A DNA stretch of 64,000 nt from Monocercomonoides exilis PA203 (taxonomy: Eukaryota; Protista; Preaxostyla): NCBI GenBank assembly GCA_001643675.2, contig LSRY02000032.1, forward strand, positions 434,001-498,000, written 5' to 3'. The notes beneath the pieces were generated by a model. That model saw only the letters and a list, made by a program, of their open reading frames with translations. It did not search any database and had not been told where the DNA came from. The translations under genes were made by a program, and so were the position numbers. Positions 59,318 through 64,000 of this stretch are shown piece after piece; position 1 is the stretch's first letter; every line of letters begins with the position of its first letter.

Positions 59318-61107
59318 TTAAAGCTCTTGAGAGTCCCAAGATCCTCGCTTTCCACCAACATCTCTTATTATTCCTGAAAAATACACCATGTTAGATTTCC
59401 TGTTATACAAAACTGTGATAAAAGGCCTATCGACTTCAAAAGGAACTGGGAAGCTCATATCATTGATTGATGCCATCATTCGCATAACAACTGCCGTTGC
59501 TGCTGCGGCTTCGACACCATTTTCGTCAATATCAAGAACTGTTTTATGAATAACAGAGCTAGAAATAACAAAAAAAGCGGAGAAAATAATTAATATTGAA
59601 AAAATTAGAAATTGAGACAGGATAAAAATGCATTTTTACCTTATTTGAATCTTTTCTTTGGAAATCTGGTTGAAAGATGCATCGTTCGTAAAGGCAAGCC
59701 CAAGTCCCATCACTGTCAATGCATCGTTCAGTTCCTTCTCATATTCCACTTTGAAGCGAGGCAGTCCCAAAGCAATACTGAAAAGAAGTTTAACAACAAA
59801 TGATGGATTTGCGAAACAAGATATCAAAAACATGTATTTATAATGTTATGCAAAAAGAGAACATATAATTTACAGCAAACTTTGTGTAGCTCATCGAAGC
59901 TAACACTTCTTTCAGCCATGCGTCATCCAAGTATCGTGATGCAACATCCTGAAGTGCTTTTTCTCCGCTCACTAAAACAATCAAAAGAAAACAACAGTGA
60001 TAAGTGTATATTAAAAAAAAATTTGAATCGATACGTCAAATAAATTCTAAAATATGAAAGAAATAAAAAAAATAATTATGAAAATACTCCTTTGAAATAC
60101 ATTATATCCTCAATATTTCCACTCATAATATTTATGTGCATACTTTTTGGAAGAATAATTAAAAGCTGAGCATTCTCATCTTTGAATGGTAGAGAAACCA
60201 TTTTTGCATCAGATTTATCGCAATAGTAGAACTTGCTTGTTTGTTGCATCATATCACACTTTGTTGGTGTTCCATCAATCAAAAAAAAGTCTCTTTGCTG
60301 TGTGTTTGATTTTTTAAATTGCTTTGCCCATGGCTGCTTAAAGTATAGTGTATTGACAAGAACCATTTGATCGCGTGGGGTTAATTTGTTGATAACTTTT
60401 TTTATCAGACCATTCGTATTTTTATTAACCCATTGATTCACCTTATTGACAGCTCTAAACGATAAGACAAATCAATAAAAATAAATTAGTCAAAGAAAAT
60501 CTAAGTAATAAATCGCACTTACCCTGAACCCTGAAAACTCATAACCTCAACAGACGCATTGAAAGCCTTTTCAGTTTCTGAAACAAAAGTATCGTAAACA
60601 TGAAATGAGTCTCGTATCCATATGGAATTCGCGCTAATGAATAGCTTCATTGATTGATCTGTCTCGCTTCCAACGGTAATGATCCCTTGAAGATCTAGTG
60701 GCTAAATAAGTGTGAAAAAATATTAACTTTTTCAAAGAGAGGAAGCAATACGTTTTCTCCTTCTGGAAGTGTATACAAACGTAAAACGTTTGAGAAGACA
60801 TCTTTTGTTTCGGCTGTTGCTCCGTTGTAAACCATCATCAATGCAGTGTGAACTGAATATGGAGAAACGAAAAGATTCCCTCCTTCTTTTTTAAGAGAAT
60901 CTATTAAGCTTTTTCCGAATTCATTAACATATGTTGATTGCTTTTTTTGGGCATCTGCATATTTATCACCATCAACAGATGAAGGGAGCTGAAAAGATGA
61001 AGGCTTTGGATTTGACACGATCTCTGCATTCAAAAAACTGGAACGGACTAAATTAAAACAAAGAATATTACATACTAATTTGCTAGTAAAGTTACAAAAA
61101 GAAGCAT
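59318..61107 (-). CDS. Serpin (serine protease inhibitor) with signal peptide, multi-exon
   Basis: NLFVSPYSVHTALMMVYNGATAETK, NQWVNKNTNGLI, MVLVNTLYFKQPWAKQF, LPRFKVEY, VIHKTVLDIDENGVEAAAATAV (hinge), FEVDRPF (serpin signature). Confidence 0.96.
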
Positions 61108-61519
61108 TTTATAGCTTTCTTTTATGAATTGAAAATAATTGTAAATACAGACAAAAGTTTTTAAAAAGGGTCACAATTTTCTAACGAGAAATTTTGCAAT
61201 GTGACACACATGTAATATTTATCATTTATGATTGATAATAGAATGATAACTAATTTTTCTTTCAACTGTGTTTTATATTTCCCAATTATTTCCGAAAAAA
61301 AAAAACAAATTTTTAAGAATGACTTTAATAATTATCGTGACTTATTCCATTGTTATCAACGCATCACTCCAAAAAAGAAATATTTTTCTGAAAGAAATTA
61401 AAAAAAGATTTCAATAATGTTGTGTTTTAATAATGTTTTAAGATGTATTAGTAAAAATTTATTCATGATGTGAAATATGTTTTAGCTTTTAAATTATCGA
61501 AATGAATAAAACATAACGT

Positions 61520-62421
61520 TTATGAAAGATCCGTTGTTGTCCACAAAGCATCTCCAAGATGATGAAGGAGTTGAATTCCAACTCCTGAATTTTTCGCACG
61601 TCTAATAACACAATTAATAGAAATAAAAAAGTTGAATGTGAAAAATTAAAAAAAATTTTTTTTCGCAAACATATCTTCAGTCGAAAGAGTAGTAATACCA
61701 ATTCCAACGGCATGTTCTTTTCCTTCTGCGTGGATAGCCTTTAAATGAAGATGAAATTTCAAAACATACATTGAATAAATAGCATTGGTATTAAAATTAA
61801 AAAGCATACAACATAAGTTCCAGCAGGAACATCTTCCATTTTAGCTCCTGGAGATGTTAAGCCTCGACACATAATATCAGATCCGCTAAGGATATGCTTG
61901 ATTGCACCACGATCAACTTGCATGTGCGGAAGAAGTTCAGGATCTTTCGCAAATGAAAATGATGACAACACATAAAAAATACGCTAAAAAGAGTGAAAAG
62001 AAAACATACAACGATGCAAAACGCGAAGTGTTGGTAAATAAGGTCCATCTCTTGTTTGAAAGAATCTAGGATAATTTCCTACAACAAGCAAATTAATATG
62101 TCCATGACTTTTTGGAAAGATGACACAATCAAAACGTGTTTCAAAAAAACGGGGAAAATATTTTAAAAAAGTCTTTGAATTGCTTCTTATAAACAATAAA
62201 ATACCATTTTGCAACTTTTATTGATTCACTTTTTGGTAAAACTACATCAAGTATTTCTTCGTTTATTCCAGCTGAATCTTTGAAAAAGCTTCGAACTTCA
62301 CGCAGTTTTGATGTTTTCAATTGCCCAAATGTGGCAATATCTTCTTTTGGTTTGAATCTTTTCAAAGCAAAGCAAATAAAAATGAAAATTATCTGGCAAT
62401 TCATCCAAACCTTCTGAACAT
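61520..62421 (-). CDS. MCTS1: MCTS1/Tma20 translation re-initiation factor (pre-PUA plus PUA domain), about 6 exons
   Basis: [87 protein letters not shown]. Confidence 0.95.
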
Positions 62422-62847
62422 TATGATCTTTAACCAAAATACATCGCATAATTTTTTATTTTCTTTTTCACAAAAAAACTATTTCCTGCATATTTCATCC
62501 GCAGAACATCATATGTTAATACTGTTCGGGCTCAATAAAGATAACGGCTTTCGTTTCATTATTTCAAGCTATTTTGCAAACAAAATACATTTAATAAAAA
62601 CGAGTTTTTCTTAAATACCTGAAAAAGAGTTTGAAGATTGTGGACCATCAATTATTTCTGATATTTCCTTATGCAACAAAACTTATTGCGATAAATCAAT
62701 AACAATATGAACATTTTTCGAGCACGATTATGGTATTCTTGGTTGTATTAATGGATATCTTCAATTCGAAAAATCAAGCAAATTTGCATAGATTTAATGA
62801 TGAACTTTTTTGAAGAGAAAGAGAATAGCATTTTTTTAATGCTTTGT

Positions 62848-64000
62848 TTATTCATTTAATAACTGTGAAATGATTGAAGGAGAATGTGATATGGAAAGTT
62901 CAGAAAGAGTGCTTGAAAGAACAGAAGGATATGACACGTAAGCATCATTTGAGCATTGCCATTGAATAATATTTTTGTGAAGTGTTTGAAGGAAAGTGAC
63001 ATAGTTACGTATTCTCACTGATTTTGAATCACAAGGCGAAGCAGAAGGAACTGTTGTTCGAGAAGGATTGAAAGATGTGGAAGAAGAAGAAGAAGAAGAA
63101 GAAGAAGAAGAAGAAGAAGAAGAAGAAGAAGAAGAAGAAGAAGAAGAAGAAGAAGAAGAAGAAGAAGAAGAAGATGATGATGATGATGATGAAGATGAGG
63201 AAGGCTCCAATGAGCAAAATGCGGAAGAGTGAAAAGAGGCATTTTGCGCATTGGAAGCTGAAGACAAGCAGCAAAGCGATGATGGTGAAGGAGAATGAGA
63301 AGGCTCTGTGGAATGCTCTGTAGCAAACACTGGAGAGTCTGCAGCACAAAGCAAGACAGTTGCACTTGGTGTCGAAGGATTCTTCTTCCTTTGCCTCGCT
63401 CCAGACGGGTTGACATCATCAATTGCCTCCTCATCCTTTCGAACAGTGCTGGAATCGACAGCATTCGCTTCTGGCGATCGTTCAACTTTCTCTTTTTCTT
63501 CTCTTTTGCATTCTTCTCGAACACTTTTGAAAACTCTGCTGTTCGAATCACTTTCATCACCTTCATCTGATTTTATCCTTTGAATCATAATTTCTTTTTT
63601 GTTTCCTTCTTTTTCCTTCTTTTCATTTTCCTTTCCTTTCTCTTCTCTTTCTGAATCTTTCTTCTCGCTATCATCTTCAAATCCATCATCTGCTCCTTCA
63701 ACACATTCTTCCTCTTCCATCTCTTCTTCCTCTTCTTCTTTTTCTGCGATCTCAATAGCCTCATTGCACTGTTCTCTCAGAACATTCTGCATTTTTCTCT
63801 GTCTGCGCCATACCTCAAATGCTTCCTCCATATCTTTCTGATTAAATGCCGGCCATTTTACTGGAGTGAAATAAATTACTGCTTCAGACATCTGCAAAAG
63901 CAAAAAATCTGAAAATCGAGTCTCTCCCGATGTTCGGATCAGAAGATCCAAAGGCGGCTGCTCCTCAGAGTCAAGAGATCGCATAAAAAGAGAATGATTG
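62848..64000 (-). CDS. DHDDS: cis-prenyltransferase (dehydrodolichyl diphosphate synthase, Rer2/DHDDS-like), 3' part only
   Basis: DLLIRTSGETRFSDFLLLQ..IYFTPVKWPAF motif followed by a long acidic, poly-Ser tail. The 5' end lies beyond the window. Confidence 0.85.
   Translation of the reverse strand, partial: NHSLFMRSLDSEEQPPLDLLIRTSGETRFSDFLLLQMSEAVIYFTPVKWPAFNQKDMEEAFEVWRRQRKMQNVLREQCNEAIEIAEKEEEEEEMEEEECVEGADDGFEDDSEKKDSEREEKGKENEKKEKEGNKKEIMIQRIKSDEGDESDSNSRVFKSVREECKREEKEKVERSPEANAVDSSTVRKDEEAIDDVNPSGARQRKKNPSTPSATVLLCAADSPVFATEHSTEPSHSPSPSSLCCLSSASNAQNASFHSSAFCSLEPSSSSSSSSSSSSSSSSSSSSSSSSSSSSSSSSSSSSSSSSSTSFNPSRTTVPSASPCDSKSVRIRNYVTFLQTLHKNIIQWQCSNDAYVSYPSVLSSTLSELSISHSPSIISQLLNE
63080..63190. 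repeat. (GAA)n(GAT)n coding microsatellite (poly-Ser on the minus strand)
   Basis: Read directly from the sequence. Confidence 0.95.

Noticed and set aside
1-64000. Alternative genetic code (TAA/TAG as Gln), rRNA or tRNA genes
   Set aside because: Conserved genes end at TAA, TAG or TGA at the expected positions with no in-frame TAR codons. No rRNA or tRNA-like sequence was recognised.

Overview
This is eukaryotic, intron-rich protist DNA using the standard genetic code and short GT-AG introns. The gene style and content suggest an anaerobic metamonad, probably an oxymonad such as Monocercomonoides; that assignment is inference. A GC-rich gene block (about 1.6-29.8 kb) holds the CIA factor Nar1 head-to-head with an F-box/LRR gene, a YAK1/DYRK-derived pseudokinase with a very large insert, a multi-pass membrane protein, two hypothetical genes, a receptor-like TKL kinase and a PMP/pectin-lyase-like surface protein. 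An AT-rich block (about 30-48 kb) holds NTF2, an atypical Arf GTPase, RPL10 and a zone of decayed transposons. That zone includes a near-perfect hairpin of about 400 bp, a pogo-like transposase interrupted by two nested MITE/foldback elements, a Merlin (IS1595-like) element and kinase pseudogenes. The right end holds a ubiquitin-like gene, an ERp38-type PDI, dynein-2 light intermediate chain with a long tail, a small secreted acidic/basic protein, a SPIRAL2/TORTIFOLIA1-like protein, a serpin, MCTS1 and the 3' part of a cis-prenyltransferase. The most notable items are the SPR2-like protein outside plants, the motif-broken Arf, the pseudokinase, the nested transposons, the hairpin and the serpin. 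Exon models were assembled by eye and family calls come from remembered motifs, not database searches.
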